This document shows positions 1 to 13,439 of a stretch of 64,000 bases of DNA, one piece after another. The position numbers and the translations under genes are program-made. The DNA comes from the human T2T-CHM13v2.0 reference genome, Homo sapiens: NCBI RefSeq assembly GCF_009914755.1, contig NC_060939.1. One strand, given 5' to 3'. The notes below the pieces were generated by a model. It saw only the letters and a program-made list of their open reading frames with translations. It had not been told where the DNA came from and made no database searches. Positions within the stretch are counted from its first letter, which is position 1. The number at the start of each line of letters is the position of its first letter.

Positions 1-27
1 TCACTGTCTCCCATGGAGCCTGCATCG

Positions 28-118
28 AGTCAGTTAACCTCTCCTTAGACCCAGTTTTCTCAACTACAAAATAAGAATAATTATATCCACCTTGCAGAGT
101 TGTTACAACTATTTGATC
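28..118 (+). mobile_element. MIR SINE fragment
   Basis: AGTCAGTTAACCTCTCC..CCCAGTTTTCTCAACTACAAAAT..CCTTGCAGAGTTGTT resembles the MIR core. Confidence 0.6.
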
Positions 119-228
119 AGACACTGGTAAACCATCTAATTGGGTGTGGGATGTAAATGTTAGTTTACTCCTGCATTCATGAGGTAAGACAAAATTGATA
201 CAATTTGGAAAAAATACATATCTTAGGA

Positions 229-745
229 CAGGGTCCCCAGGCCCAGGGTGATGAACTGGTACTGGTCTATAGCCTGTTAAGAAGTGGGCCACACAGCAGG
301 AGGTGAGCAGCAAGCGAAACTTCATCGGTATTTATGGCCGCTCCCCATCGCTTGCATTACCACCAGAGCTCCACCTTCTGTCAGATTAGTGGCAGCATTA
401 GATTCTCAGAGGACCACAAACCCTATTGTGAACTGCACATGCGAGGGATCTAGGTTGCACACTCCTTATGAGACTCTAATGCCTGATGATCTGTCACTGT
501 CTCTCTCATCTCCCCCAGATGGGACTGTCTAGTTGCAGGAAAACAAGTTGAGGACTCCCACTGATTCTATATTATGGTGAGTTGCATAATTATTTCATTA
601 TATAATACAATGTAATAATAATAGCAAGAAAGTGCACAATAAAGATAATGCACTTGAATCAACCCAAAACCATCTCCCTCCCTGTCTGTGGAAAAATTGC
701 TTTCCATGAAACCAGTCCCTGGTGCCAAAAATTTGGGGACTGCTG
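229..745 (+). mobile_element. MER1A non-autonomous hAT-Charlie DNA transposon, full length
   Basis: Termini CAGGGTCCCC...GGGGACTGCTG, MER1A-type interior, perfect 8-bp TSD TCTTAGGA (221-228 and 746-753). Confidence 0.95.
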
Positions 746-789
746 TCTTAGGAAACAAAGATATTTTTCTCTTGCTCATAACAGACACA

Positions 790-1090
790 GGTGAGAGTTT
801 TGGCTGGCAGTCAGCCTGCCCCACATAGACAATCAGGGACTGCATTCCTTAGTATTGCATGGTTCCACCATATCTGGGTTCTAGCAGGTGGGAAAGCAGA
901 AGGAAATGGAGAGAAGCCACATGCTCTATCATAAGCTACACCTGAAGACACATATCCTGTGCTCATATCCACTGGGGACAGCTTAGATCCTTGCCAAACC
1001 TTACTGAAAGGGTGGCTGGAAAATGTTGTCTTGCCATGTGCCCACCTCCAACTCAATTACTGTAGAAGGAAAAATAGATTGTGGTGATTA
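790..1090 (-). mobile_element. Old MaLR LTR fragment (MLT1J/K-like)
   Basis: GCTCATATCCACTGG...AAGGGTGGCTGGAAAATGTTGTCTT...AGAAGGAAAAATAGATT resembles antisense MLT1; very degenerate. Confidence 0.5.
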
Positions 1091-1431
1091 AAAGGACCAT
1101 GGTTTAAATTGTCAACAAGTCAGTTTCTCTTTAATGTCCCCTGATCCCTTCCTTTAGTATTTGACTTCCCTCTCATCTCAGTTCTCTCCTCTGCTGGATT
1201 CTGGGCCTGCTCATTTTGGGTAGGAGCCCACATGAGGTATCCTGGGGCCTGTTCTCTTTATTCCACTCCAGTGGATAACCCACTAGGTACCTGACACTTT
1301 TGAGATGCCCTGATCCACACTCTTGCAGCTCTCCTCAATTCTTTATTAATCAAGTTTTCTGGGTCTATAAGGGCTTTCCAGGCCTTCCAAGGCAGGTTAA
1401 TATCATAGGAATGTCCCTGGGAATAATCATG

Positions 1432-1612
1432 TCTTGAATCTCTGCCAATTACACTTCCAACTTTTGATGACCTTGGCCAAATTACTTAATCTCTGAGCTG
1501 AATTGTTTATATTTGTAAAATTGGGATAATTCTTACTCTCCTTCCCTCATGAGACTCTTTTGTGAAAACAACTGAGATAAAAAATTAAAAAGCGTTTTTC
1601 AGCAGGTAACAC
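1432..1612 (+). mobile_element. MIR SINE
   Basis: TGACCTTGGCCAAATTACTTAATCTCTGAG...TGTAAAATTGGGATAAT. Confidence 0.75.
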
Positions 1613-3047
1613 ACTGTTACAAAGTTTATTAAAATTTCCCTAATGTAACAGATAAAATAATTATTTGCTCTTTTTTGCTGAGTATTAAAGTTGACTCTAC
1701 TTTTAGCAAAAATAAAATATTCTATATAAATAATAATAGTATATTATCAATAAATGAAATAAAGTATCTTTGTATGTTGCTTTTTTTTTTTTTTGGCAGA
1801 GCAAGATAATGGAATAGAAACGTATACTATTCATCCCCACAGCTAGAACACCAAATTTTAACAACTATCTGCACACAGATAGACACTGTCACAGAAACTA
1901 AAAACCGGGTACCAACTCAGCCTCAGTGGAATAGAGCAACAAGCAGGCTCTTGGGGGCCCTGAGTCCAGGCCTAGGCTCTTGGACAGCATTTCTGGACCT
2001 ACCATGAAGGGTGAATCCCTGGCCAGTCAGCATTCTCCACAAGCTGACTGAAGAGCCCTTGAGCTCTAAGTAAGCAATGGCGGTCACCTGGCAGAATCCC
2101 CTGTTGACCACTGTTGGCTGTGACCACAGAGAAAGGGACCGGCTCAGCCACAGTGGAAAGAGGAGGGAAGAGTGGGAAGGACTTTGTATTACAATTTGAG
2201 TGCCAGCTTAGCTGTAGTAGAGTAGAACATCATGTAAATGGCTAAGGTTTTTGACTCCCTCCCAGACAGCATCTCTGGACAAATCCAGGGTCTCGGGGAG
2301 CTTGCCTTCCTGAAGGGAAGGGCTTTGAACCAGACCCAATACTGTGCTAGTTTCAGGTCTGACCCAGTGCAGTCTCAGTGGTGGTGGTGGCCATAGGGGT
2401 GTTTACATCAATACACCCCCAGTTCCAGGTGGCTCAGTACAGAGAGAGAGACTCCTTTTGTTTGGCAGAAAGTAAGGAAAAAGAATAAGAGCCTTTGCCT
2501 GTTAATCCAGAGAACTCTTCTGGATCTTATCCAAGACCACCAAGGTGGTACCTATACAAGTCTGCAAAAAACCACAGCATTATTGGACTCAGGGCCCAAG
2601 TCTCTTTGAATACCTAGAAATCTCTCTCAAAAAGGACAGGCTCAAACAAGCCCAGAATGTGAAAACTATAATAAATACCTAACTCTTCAATGCCCAGACA
2701 CAGATGAACATCAAAAAGCATCAAGGCCATCTGGGAAAACATGACCTCACCAAATGAAATAAATAAGACCAATCCTAGAGAAGCAGAGCTATATAACCTA
2801 TCAGTCAGAGGATTCAAATAGCTGCTTTGAGGAAATTCTAAGAAATTAAAGATAAAACAGAGAAGGAATTCAGAATTCTATCAGATAAATTTAACAAAGA
2901 AATTAAAAGAATTAAGCAGAAATTCTGCAGTTGAAAAATGCAATTGATATGTTGATGAATGCATCAGAGTCTCTTAATAGCAGAATTGATCAAGCAGAAG
3001 AAAGAATTAGTGAGCTTGAAGGCAGGCTATTTGAAAATACACAGTCA

Positions 3048-3398
3048 GGCCAGGCATGGTGGCTCACGCCTATAATCCTAGCACTTTGGAAGGCTGAAGT
3101 GGGTGGATGCCTTCAAGTTTCCCCAGGAGTTTGAGACCAGCCTGGGCAACCTAGTGAAACCCTGTGTCTACTAAAACTAAAAATTAAAGAAAAGTAGCCA
3201 TACATGGTGGTGTGCACCTGTAGTCCCAGCTACTCAGGAGGCTGAGGCATGAGAATCATTTGAACCTAGGGGGCAGAGAACCTGGGAGTTGGAGGTTGCA
3301 GTGAGCCAAGATTGCGCCACTGCACTCTACCCTGGGTGACAGAGTGAGACTCTGTCTCAAAAAAAAAAAAAAAAAAAAAAAAAGAAAAAGAAAAAGAA
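3048..3398 (+). mobile_element. Alu (AluJb/early AluS) inserted in L1 ORF1
   Basis: Dimeric Alu with poly(A); TSD GAAAATACACAGTCA (3033-3047) / GAAAAGACACACTCA (3399-3413). Confidence 0.95.
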
Positions 3399-5882
3399 GA
3401 AAAGACACACTCAGAGGAGACAAAAGAAAAAGAATGAAAAACAATGAAGCATGCCTATAAGATCTAGAAAATGGCCTCTAAAGGGCAAATGTAAGAGTCA
3501 ATAGCCTTAAAGAGGAGGTAGAAAAAGAGACAGAGATACAAAGTTTATTCACAGAGATAATATTAGAGAACTTCCCAAACCTAGAGAAAGATATCAACAC
3601 TCAAATCCAAGAAGGTTATAGAACATCAAGCAGATATAACCCAAAGGTGACTACTTCAAGGCATTAATAATCAAAGTCCCCAAGTCAAGGATAAAGAAAG
3701 AATTCTAAAAGCAGCAAGAGAAAATAAATAAATAGCAAATGATGAAGTTCAAATACATTTGGTAGTGGACTTTTCAAGTAGAAATCTTACAGGATAAGAG
3801 AGAGTGGCATGACATACTTAAAGTGCTGAAGAAAAAATAAAACTTTTACCCTAGAATAATATATCTGGCAAAAATATCCTTCCAACTTTTGATGGAGATA
3901 TAAAGACCTTTACAGACAAACAAAGACTGAGGGATTTCATCACCACCAGACCTGTCTTATAGGAAATGCTAAAGGGAGTTCTTCATTCTGAAAGAAAAAG
4001 GTGTTCACAAGCAAGAATAAATCATCTGAAGGTACAAAGCTCATTGGTAATAGTAAGCACACACACAGAAAGACACAGAATACTGTAATACTGTAATTGT
4101 GATGTGTAAACTACTATTATCTTATATTAAAAGGATTATTCATCATGACCAAGGGGATTTATCCCAGTGATGCCAGGATAGTTTGACATACACAAATCAA
4201 CCAGTGTGATACATTATATCAATAGAATGAAGGACAAAAACCACATGATCCTTTAAATTAACGCTGAAAAAGCATTTGATAAAATTCAACACCTTTTATG
4301 ACAAAAACAAAAAAACTGGGAACAGAAGGAACATACCTCAACATAATAAATGTCATATATGAGAGACTCGTAGGTAGTTATCATACTGAATAGGGAAAAA
4401 CTGAAAGCCTTTCCTCTAACATCTGGATGCTCACTGTCACCACTGTTATTTAACATAGGACTAGAAGTCCTAGCTAGAGCAACCAAACAAGAAAAAGAAA
4501 TAAAGCGCATCCAAATTGAAAAGGAAGAAGTCAAATTATTTTTGTTTGCAGATGATAGGAAAAGCCTAAAGACACTACCAAAAAACTATTAGAACTCATA
4601 AACAAATTCAGTGAAGTTGCAGGATACAAAATCAACATACAAAAATCAGTAGCATACTTCTATGTCAGCAGAGAACAATCTGAAAAAAAATCAATAAAAT
4701 AATCCCATTAACTATATATAAATTAAAGAAAATATTTAGGAATTAATCAAAGAAGTGAAAGATCTCTACAAGGAAAACTATCAAACGTTGATGCAAGAAA
4801 TTAAAGGGGACACCAAAAAATGGAAATATAGTCCATATATATGAATTGAAAAAAATCAATATTGTTAAAATGTCCATACTACCCAAAGCAATCTACTGAT
4901 TCAATGCAATGCCTATCAAAATACCAATGATATTCTTCACAGAAATAGAAAAAAATCTAAAATTTATATGGAACCACAAAAGATCCAGAATAGCCAACAA
5001 TCTAAGTAAAAAGAAACCTGGAAGAATCACATTATCTGACTTCAAGTCATACTACAGAGATAGAGTAACCAAAACGGCATGGAAAGGGCATAAAAACAAA
5101 CACATAGACCAATGGAACAGAATAGAGAACCCAGAAACAAATCCACACAACTATAGTGAACTCATTTTTGACAAAGTAACCGAGAACATACACTGGGAAA
5201 AAGGTAGTCTCCTCAATAAATGGTGCTGGGAAAACTGGACATCCACATGCAAAAGAACGAAACTAGTCCCCTGTCTCTCTCACCACATACACAAATCAAA
5301 TCAAAATATATTCAAGACTTAAATCTAAGACCTCAGACTACTAAAAGAAAACTTTAGGGAAACTCTCCAAAACATTAGACTGGGCAAAGATTTCTTGAGT
5401 AATACCTCACAAGCAGAGGCATCCAAAGCAAAAAATGGATATATCGGGTTACATAAAGTTAAAAAGCTTCTCGACAGCAAAGGAAACAATCAACAAAGTG
5501 AAGATACAACCTATAGAATGAGAGAATGTATGTGCAAACTATCCATCTGACAAGGAATTAATAACCAGAATATATAAGAAGCTTAAGTCTACAGGAAAAA
5601 TATCTAATAATCTGATTAAAAAATGGGCAAAAGATCTGAATAGATGTTTTTTTAAAAGAAGACATACAAATGGCAACAGGTATATGCAAATCAAAACTAC
5701 ATTGAGACATCATCTTACCCTGTTTAAATGCATTTCATTCAGAAGGCAGGCAGTAACAAATGTTGGCAAGGATGTGGAGAAAAGGGAATTCTTGTATACT
5801 GTTGGTGGGAATGTAAATTAGTACAAACACTATGAAAACAGTTTGGAGGTTCCTCGAAAAACTAAAAATAAAGCTATCACAC

Positions 5883-6307
5883 TGATACAGTTTGGAGTAT
5901 GTCGTTGCTCAAATCTCCTATTGAAATATAATCCCCAGTGTCAGAGTTGGGGCCTGGTAGGAACTGACTGGATCATAGGGGTGTATTTCTCATGAATGGT
6001 TTAGTGTCATCTCCTTGGTACTGTTCTCACAATAGTGAGTGAGTTCTCATGCGATCTGGCCATTTAAAAATATGTGGCATCTCTCCTCTCCCTCTTTTGC
6101 TCCTGCTCTGGCCATGTGACATGGCTTTTTCCCCTTCGCCTTCTGCCATGATCATAAGTTTCCTGAGATCTCACCAGATCCTGAGCAGATGCCAGCATCA
6201 TGCTGCCTGTACAGCCTGCAGAACCGTGAGCCAATTAAACCTCTTTTCTGTATAAATTATCCCATCTCAGGTATTTATTTATAGCAATGTGAGAATGACC
6301 TAACACA
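5883..6307 (+). mobile_element. MSTA-type MaLR solo LTR inserted in L1 ORF2
   Basis: TGATACAGTTTGG start, CAGCCTGCAGAACCGTGAGCCAATTAAACCTC, ends CTAACACA; L1 sequence resumes on both sides. Confidence 0.92.
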
Positions 6308-7889
6308 TGTATGATCCAACAACCCCACTGCTAGGTAGATACCCAAAGGAAAAATTCAGTATGTCAAAATGATGTCTGTACTCTCATGTTTATTGCAGTA
6401 CTATTCACAATAACCAAGATTTGGAAACAAGCTAAGTGTCCATCGACACATGAATGGATACAGAAAATGTGGTACATATACACAATGGAGTACTGTTCAG
6501 CCATAAAAAATAATGAGATTCTGTCATTTGCAACAACATGGATGGAACTGGAGGTCATTATAAGTGAAATAAGACAGGCACAGAAACACAAACTTTGCAT
6601 GTTCTCACTTATTTGTGGAAGCTAAAAATTAAAACAATTGAACTCATGGACATAGAGAGTAGAAGGGTGGTTACCAGAAGCTGGGGAGGTTAACTGATAC
6701 GAAAATAGAGAGAATGAATGAGTTCTAGTATTTGATAAAGCAACAGGGAGACTATAGTCAAAAATAATTTAATTGTACATTTTAAAATAACAAAGAGTAT
6801 AATTGGATTGTTTGCAACACAAAGGATAAATAGTAGAAGTGATGTATACCCCATTTACCCTGATGTGATTATGATATACTGCATACCTGTATCCAAATAT
6901 TTCATGTACCTCATAAATCTATAAGCCTACTATGTACCCACAAAAATTAATTTAATAAAATGTAGTGCATTTAATTTAATTTGCAGAAAAGAATACAGCA
7001 TTATTACTTTGCTTTACATCTATTTGAAGATATTTCAGTGCATTTCTTCATTATGTTATCCCTCTCTCCTTTGAAATGCTCACCCTTTCATACTTGCTTT
7101 TTATATACCTGCTGGTTTTTTTTTTTTGTTTCAGTTTGTTTTTTTCCTTGAACTCCTAAAAAGTAAGATTCCATAGATACTTCAAATCTTGTCATGTGGA
7201 CTGATGTTTCTCTAGCACAGCAAGGAAAAGGCAAAGGAAGAATCAGAACCCCAGTAACCCTGTCTCCAACAGACTTGGGTTTTCTTCCTGGTTACTCAGG
7301 TCCTTATTTCTCTCAGCAGGTCTCTTTCTGGGTTAGTCACTGCTTTCTCTTCCGAGAATTGTGCAAAAGTTTCTACAAGTTGTATGGGAAACCACTAACT
7401 GATGTTAAGTTTGCACAATGGGTAGTTTATACAAATGTTTCTCTTAGAAAGCAACATGCCCAGGACATTTCTGGGAGACATGTATAGTACAGCTTTCACT
7501 AGCAGCTGCCAGAACATGCTGGAGCTTCCCAAGGTTGAATCTATTGCTCCCCGGGATTGACTCAATGTCTGTTCTGTCAGCCAGTGTAACTGCAGACTGC
7601 AACGTGCTCCATGTTTTCATACACAAAAGGGATATGGAAAGAACAGAAGGCAGGATCCAAGAGAAAATGTGAGCCAGTACAACACCACGCAAATGCAACA
7701 TGTTGATTGATCTAGTGTGAACTCTTTATATAGACCAAAGGAAGCAGAGCCCAAGGCTGATATCTGCATTGTTAAAGTGAATATATGATCTGTCCCAAGT
7801 ATTCAGAGAGCTGAAGCAAAATTGAGGATATTTGCCTTTGCCTATAAAATAGTATACTGTTGACTTGCCTTTGTTCCCGCATCCCTCCC

Positions 7890-8016
7890 AGCATGGCTAC
7901 TAACCAGCTGTGTGACTGAGTCTGTTAGTTCACAGCTTTCAGCCACCTTTACCATTGGAAAAGTGAAGATGGTGCGCCAGTCGGTCTCTGACATCCTTTC
8001 CAGCCTTCAAACTATG
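7890..8016 (+). mobile_element. MIR3/MIRc-like fragment
   Basis: ACTAACCAGCTGTGTGAC...GGTCTCTGACATCCTTTCCAGC. Confidence 0.5.
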
Positions 8017-8774
8017 TCACTCTTTTAGAGACATTTTGACCACTATCTCCTTTTTTTCTAATATTGTATGAGGTTTTTTACTGAACACGAGTTGAGATGA
8101 ACCATGAGATGTCCCTGTTTAATCTTGCAGATGTGGCCAAGGGGTGCACGGACTATAGTAGTTGGCATTGTGTTTGACTGAAATTAACAACAACATTAAA
8201 CCCTACCACAGAGGCTGCAACATGTTGAAAAACACTGCTCCAGCACTTCTGAGAACTTACACGAGATGCATATATAACACAAGCATACATATGGGTTTCC
8301 TTATTTTATTTTTGCTTTGTAGCTCACAAAAAGTCAACAGATTCTCCAGGAAAACAAGAAATCACAGGGCTTCACAAGGACCTCTACAGGTTTTAAGAAC
8401 ACCAGTGGTGGGGAGGGAGGTGTCTTTGAGCTACTAAAACATTTTAAAGAGACTAAGAGCAGCCAAGCAACCATATCATCATCTCTATAAAGTTACAAAA
8501 ATGTTGAGATTATCTTCTTTTGACATGAGTGATATATATTATGTTTGAATTTATCCTGATCTTGTCTCATTATGATCTTAAGCTCTAATGGGCAGCTATA
8601 TATAAGCTTTTGAGGAAGTAAAACACAATTACAAAATTGGGTTTACACGCAAAATATTTCAAGTGATAGGGCAGTTCAGCTCAGTGCCTACCATGGGGAG
8701 GGATGGAAAGAAAGACCTAGGAAAAAATCATCTCAATACAACATGGGGTGTTCTACAGTTGCCTTTACAGCTGG

Positions 8775-9112
8775 TCCTCAAGGGACACACAGAAAGGAAA
8801 CTCTGCCTTGGCAGTGGGACGGTTCCAGGGAATCTTAAAAACATCTGAGGAGTTAACCTTTGAAGAAGGTGATAAAGAACGCTCCAGGAAAATGAGATCA
8901 TCGCTGTAAGATCAAGAAGTGTTAAAGTCTTTGATGCATTTAGAGAACTCCATGCATAAAGTTTGAGGAAGTGATGGGCAAGAGGTGAACCTGAAGGGGC
9001 AGGAAGAGGCCTGACAAAGGGAGGGCCTGCTGTGCCTCACTAGAAAGATCAGGCATGTGTGTGTAGATAGTGGGGAGCCATGGAAAGGTGCTGGATGAGA
9101 GTGTGACAGGGT
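8775..9112 (-). mobile_element. L2 LINE fragment
   Basis: Purine-rich antisense L2 motifs such as GTAGATAGTGGGGAGCCATGGAAAGG. Confidence 0.55.
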
Positions 9113-9447
9113 TGGTTTTCTACACCCCCAGAGTAAAAAAGAATAAAGCATCCTTGTAATTGAAAAATTGAGGAGCAACTGCCCTACCTGTTCAGGCAGC
9201 TGTTTTAAGTTTCATTACTTCCTGGCACATCATCTGTCACTTAATATTAGTGGCTCTATAGTTCCTGCTCTGCTTAACTATATCAGGGGCAATCAGTCTC
9301 AGCATCTTTGTATATTCACAGTTTGTTTTCTGCACTGATTCAAGACTTTCTATTAGCCAAGACTTTCTAGTACAAACTTCCACTCCTCCTCCTAAAGTCT
9401 TCCTAAACTCTCCTAGATCCCAAAGATATCTCACTTTTAATAGGAGT

Positions 9448-9990
9448 TTATGAGTTATCATTTGTTGTGTAACAAGTCATAGCAAGGTTTATCAGCTTCA
9501 AACAGCAAACTTACTATCTCATAATTTATGTGGGTCGGGAATCCAGGTATGGCTTAGCTGAGTGCCTCTGACTCAGGGCTTCTCACAAGGTTGCAATCAA
9601 GGTGTCAGCCTGGGCAGCAGTCACCTCAAGGCTCCATGGGAAGGACCTGTTTCCATGCTCACTCACACTGCTATTGGGAGGCCTCAAGTCCTTACTCACT
9701 CTTGGAGATGGCAGTTTCTTGCTACCTGGGCCTTTCCAGAGTTCCACCACAATATGGCACTGGGGTTCTCCCAGAGAGCCAGAGAGGATAAGCAAGACGG
9801 AAGTCACAATGCTTTTGCAATCTAATCTCAGAAGTGATAACCTATCACTTTTTTTTTGTATTCTATTCTAGTCTATCTTTATTCTAGAAAATAAAGTAAT
9901 TCAACCTATACTCCAGGGGAAGGGATTACACAGTGGGTGAATGTCAGGAGGCAGGGTCACTGGGAGCTATCCTAGGGGCTTTCAACCACA
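9448..9990 (-). mobile_element. MLT1F-type MaLR solo LTR
   Basis: GTGGGTCGGGAATCCAGGTATGGCTTAGCTG...TCTAATCTCAGAAGTGA...CAACCACA; 5-bp TSD GGAGT (9443-9447, 9991-9995). Confidence 0.88.
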
Positions 9991-10194
9991 GGAGTTACTC
10001 AACTACCTCCGTTTCTCCAAACATGACTGAGAACAGACAGCTCGGAAGAGCCAAATATGTACTCCTCCATCTTTCCGTGTGGGTGTTATTCCCCAATCTC
10101 CTATTTCACTCCCAAAACCAGTTCATCATTCCAGCTATGTTAGTCCAGCTTTTGGGCTGTGTTAGGACTATATTCTGAGGATGTTGATGTTTTC

Positions 10195-10265
10195 TGCTTT
10201 TATCTGTAAAATGGGAATAAAGATACCTCTCTCACAGGGCAGGTGTGAGGAATGAATGGAACTAT
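10195..10265 (+). mobile_element. MIR fragment
   Basis: ATCTGTAAAATGGGAATAAAGATACC...CACAGGG..GTGAGGAAT. Confidence 0.7.
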
Positions 10266-10874
10266 ATATTAGATAAGAAACAGATCAATGAACTCAGAAG
10301 CAGATGCTTATGGATTTAAGCACTGATCACCTACCTCAGTGGCACCTGTTCCTCTACATTTAAGCTCATGAGTGAGCAAAGTTACAAAACTTTAGAAATG
10401 CTCCAAGTTGAGAATATTTAATCCAGTCCTCGAATATCCATTCACTTATTTCTGAGGATTAATATAACCCACTTTACTGGACCTTTTGCTACCAAGGTCT
10501 TTTATTGATCAGAGTATACCTTACTCTCCAAATGCAGCTTCTTGACTTTTTAAAGGCCATCCTACAACCCCTATATTAGAAAGACTTGTGCTCATATAGC
10601 AAAGGATATTTGATTGGGCTGGACACACCACTTATCTGCCTTAGATGTTGTAGCTATGGAAAATTACAGTACTAAGCAGCAATCTATTCTGAAATTTCTT
10701 TATTGAACTCCTGCATTGCATTCTTTCATTTCTTTTTCTTAGAACTGACACTGGGCTCCTCAATAGATTGCAACCTTCTCAATTAATATTTGTGACCAGT
10801 TTTATACTTTTTAAGAGCTCCCTAAGAGGTTAGGGAATGCAAACTATATTACAGATACTCATTCAGTCATGTAC

Positions 10875-11265
10875 ACTAGAAATTTAGAGTTGGAATGCAA
10901 ATTATGGGCCATCTAGTTGAGTCCCATTTTTCACATAGGCAAGAAGTCATTCTTACTATATTCATGAAAAGTCATATAGGAACTTAGCTTCTATTTGAAT
11001 TGATACAATTTTGGAGAGCCTTATATTTCTAGAGAACTGTTGTTTCTGTGTTATACCTGAGTGTTGTTTACTGATTATATTGAACTAAAATCTGCTCTAT
11101 TTTCTTTATTGAGATAGGCATGGAAAGGAGCAATAATACATGCAACACTGAACAGGACCATGCCCTCTTCTAAATGACATTATGGACTTCCCGACACTTG
11201 AAAATGGTATCTTTGCCTCCTCTGTCTCCTTCTCTTCTGATTAAATACCCTGAATTCCTTTTGTA
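10875..11265 (-). mobile_element. Ancient L3/CR1-like fragment
   Basis: AGAAATTTAGAGTTGGAA..GGCCATCTAGT, TTGAACTAAAATCTGC, CTTCTCTTCTGATTAAATACCC; highly decayed. Confidence 0.4.
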
Positions 11266-11649
11266 TGAATTTGTTTGATTGAAGATTTTTGTCCATGTTC
11301 AATGTAATTCCAGTAGAGTAATTTGGAATGGCTCCTTCATCATCAGCAGAAATAAACACTAAATTCACTCTACTCTATAGTGGGTGTACTATTTCAGCTG
11401 ACAAAACCATGAGGCTCCTGGGGAAAGAGAATTAACAAAATAATTACAAAAACCACAAATCCTTGCCCTCACCGGGCTTATAAATGAAGATACAGGCTGT
11501 GTTAAACTGAACTGTAAATGCACTTAACAGTTAAAGGGCAGTTACAAGTTTGAAATGCTGTTTACAACCTTCTGAGTTTCATTTAACATGAATATACTTT
11601 GTCTTTGTGACTATCAACCAGCTTGTATGAAAATATTCCTCTGTAAGTG

Positions 11650-11805
11650 TTTATTATTTGTTCAACATGTATTTACTGATGGCCTACTATGGGTCAGATG
11701 CTGATTCAGGCATTGGGGATATGATAGGGAATAAGAAAACTAAATCACTGCTCTCATAAAAATTATTCTAGGGAGTGGATACAGCCAACAGAGAAATGAA
11801 CAAGA
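11650..11805 (-). mobile_element. L2 3' end
   Basis: TTCAACATGTATTTACTGATGGCCTACTATGGGTCAG..GGCATTGGGGATA. Confidence 0.75.
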
Positions 11806-12532
11806 AGACTTAATAAGATTGACATTGTTTTCCAATTATCTTCTCTCAGGCAATAGGTGATTTGTGATAAAGCATGGAGAGAACAGGGTAGGTTTTATGA
11901 GGGCCTTAGAAAATCTAATGGGTTTTAGGGGCTACAATTCTAGTTGAGCTAGAGATGAATCCTCCATCATGTTTGTAGTTGCATAAGGGCCTTGAGATCC
12001 ATATCAGTAATCCTTACTTTTGGAAGACTAGGAAGCTCAGGCTCCCAAGGCCCTAAACTGAATAAGGATGTGGAAGTCACAGGAGAAGTTGATGTCTCTT
12101 ATTAGCCATTAGGTGGGAAAGCCAAAAAAAAAAAAAAAAAAAAAGAATCCAGAGAATCCAGGAGAGCCTGACTTGTGATGCAGGTACCACACCTACTAAG
12201 ATAGGGGTTCTTTGTGCCCCAAAAAAGGATTGCAAGCTACTTGGGTTTTGAAACAAGTCAGTAAAGTGCACCTTCTTCTCCCACTCTCTTTCCATACAAG
12301 CTGCACTAATTTTCCCAACTTTTATTTCTTCTTACTGCCCTTTCTATTTTCCCTGAGTACTTCCCTTTTTCTAAGTATCCTTTTGCTCTTCTCTTCTTTC
12401 TATAAAACCAATCCTTCAAATAATAAAACACAGGATAAGCCTTTTCCTCAACAGAAGATGAAAAAATAAATTTATAGTGAAATAAATTTTCCAACACAAT
12501 AATTCTTTCATTAATATGCCTTCCTCATCTTG

Positions 12533-12535
<3 letters not shown>

Positions 12536-12569
<34 letters not shown>
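12536..12569. repeat. (CA)17 microsatellite
   Basis: Read directly. Confidence 0.98.
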
Positions 12570-12573
<4 letters not shown>

Positions 12574-13439
12574 AAATGCAACAATAGAAATAGTACATGG
12601 TGCAGCCAACCATGAATCTATATATAAAAATTTAATTTAAATATAAAATAAACTTAATGTAAAGATGGTTTGGAATGTTCTGCTTTATGGCTGTTGGGGC
12701 ATGTTTTTTCCCCAATCATTCCTGCTATCTTTCCCATTCAGCAAATAATTTTTCTGGATTTGTATTTCTACTTTGACGCTCATCCTGTTTCTAACTTCTG
12801 AGCATAGGCTCCCTACCACATTTATTAGGCCAGACCTGATTAAAGTAGGTACAAGGGTAAGACTTTTTCTTAATATGTTAGGAGAGAGAAACAGAAGATT
12901 TGTCATTTGTGCACGGAATCTCTAGATGATTAAAAATATTTTAAGAAACTAGCAGCTTTAAGTTGTATTTATGGTTTAATTCTGAGAAGGACAACTGGAA
13001 GGATGTAATTGTAAATATAGACAGCCAGTCAAAGATGAAGAAGATAGCCAATAAAATAAAGAGAAATTAGTAAAATAAGCTCTACACTTCATAGTTTCAG
13101 GACCTCCATCCTTAATTTCTGGTATTTAACTACCTGTGCTTAAGAGCCAAAGACTGATAAGCGAATGACTCAGACCAACACTTTATATGCTTAAAGTGAC
13201 CATTACAACCTTACAACCGTCTCCTTCAGACTTATCCTCTTCCCATGTTTAGTAAAGGAAATCAAACTATAGAGAAACTACAGTGCTTTACAGTCAGCTC
13301 ACAGTACAAATCAAAAGTTGAGTGAGTGGGAATTTAAGTTTAAGTAGAATATTTACCACCAGACCTAGGAATTATGCTGTGGGTAGGGATGGCCATACTG
13401 TAGAGGTAAAGAAAAATCAAAGTGATTTGTATTAGTGTT

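Larger units (their letters stand above)
1795..6952 (+). mobile_element. L1MA2/L1MA3-type LINE-1 with both ends, internally deleted, interrupted by an Alu and an MSTA LTR
   Basis: 5' end GGCAGAGCAAGAT..GGAATAGAA; ORF1 remnant ([15 protein letters not shown], 2931-3047); ORF2 remnants (4909-5322 [12 protein letters not shown]; 6386-6625 KMWYIYTMEY); L1MA3-like 3'UTR CCCCATTTACCCTGATGTGATTAT...TATGTACCCACAAAAATT; frameshifts and stops throughout. Confidence 0.92.

Noticed and set aside
4909-5322. 137-aa ORF as a protein-coding gene (also 2931-3134, 6386-6625, 42788-43159, 43413-43673)
   Set aside because: These are fragments of L1 ORF1/ORF2 inside broken elements, not host genes or competent L1s.
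7135-7162. Possible 28-nt microexon (poly-T..TTTCAG| ... AA|GTAAGA)
   Set aside because: Not frame-preserving, the body is itself T-rich, and the donor -1 position is weak; expected by chance.
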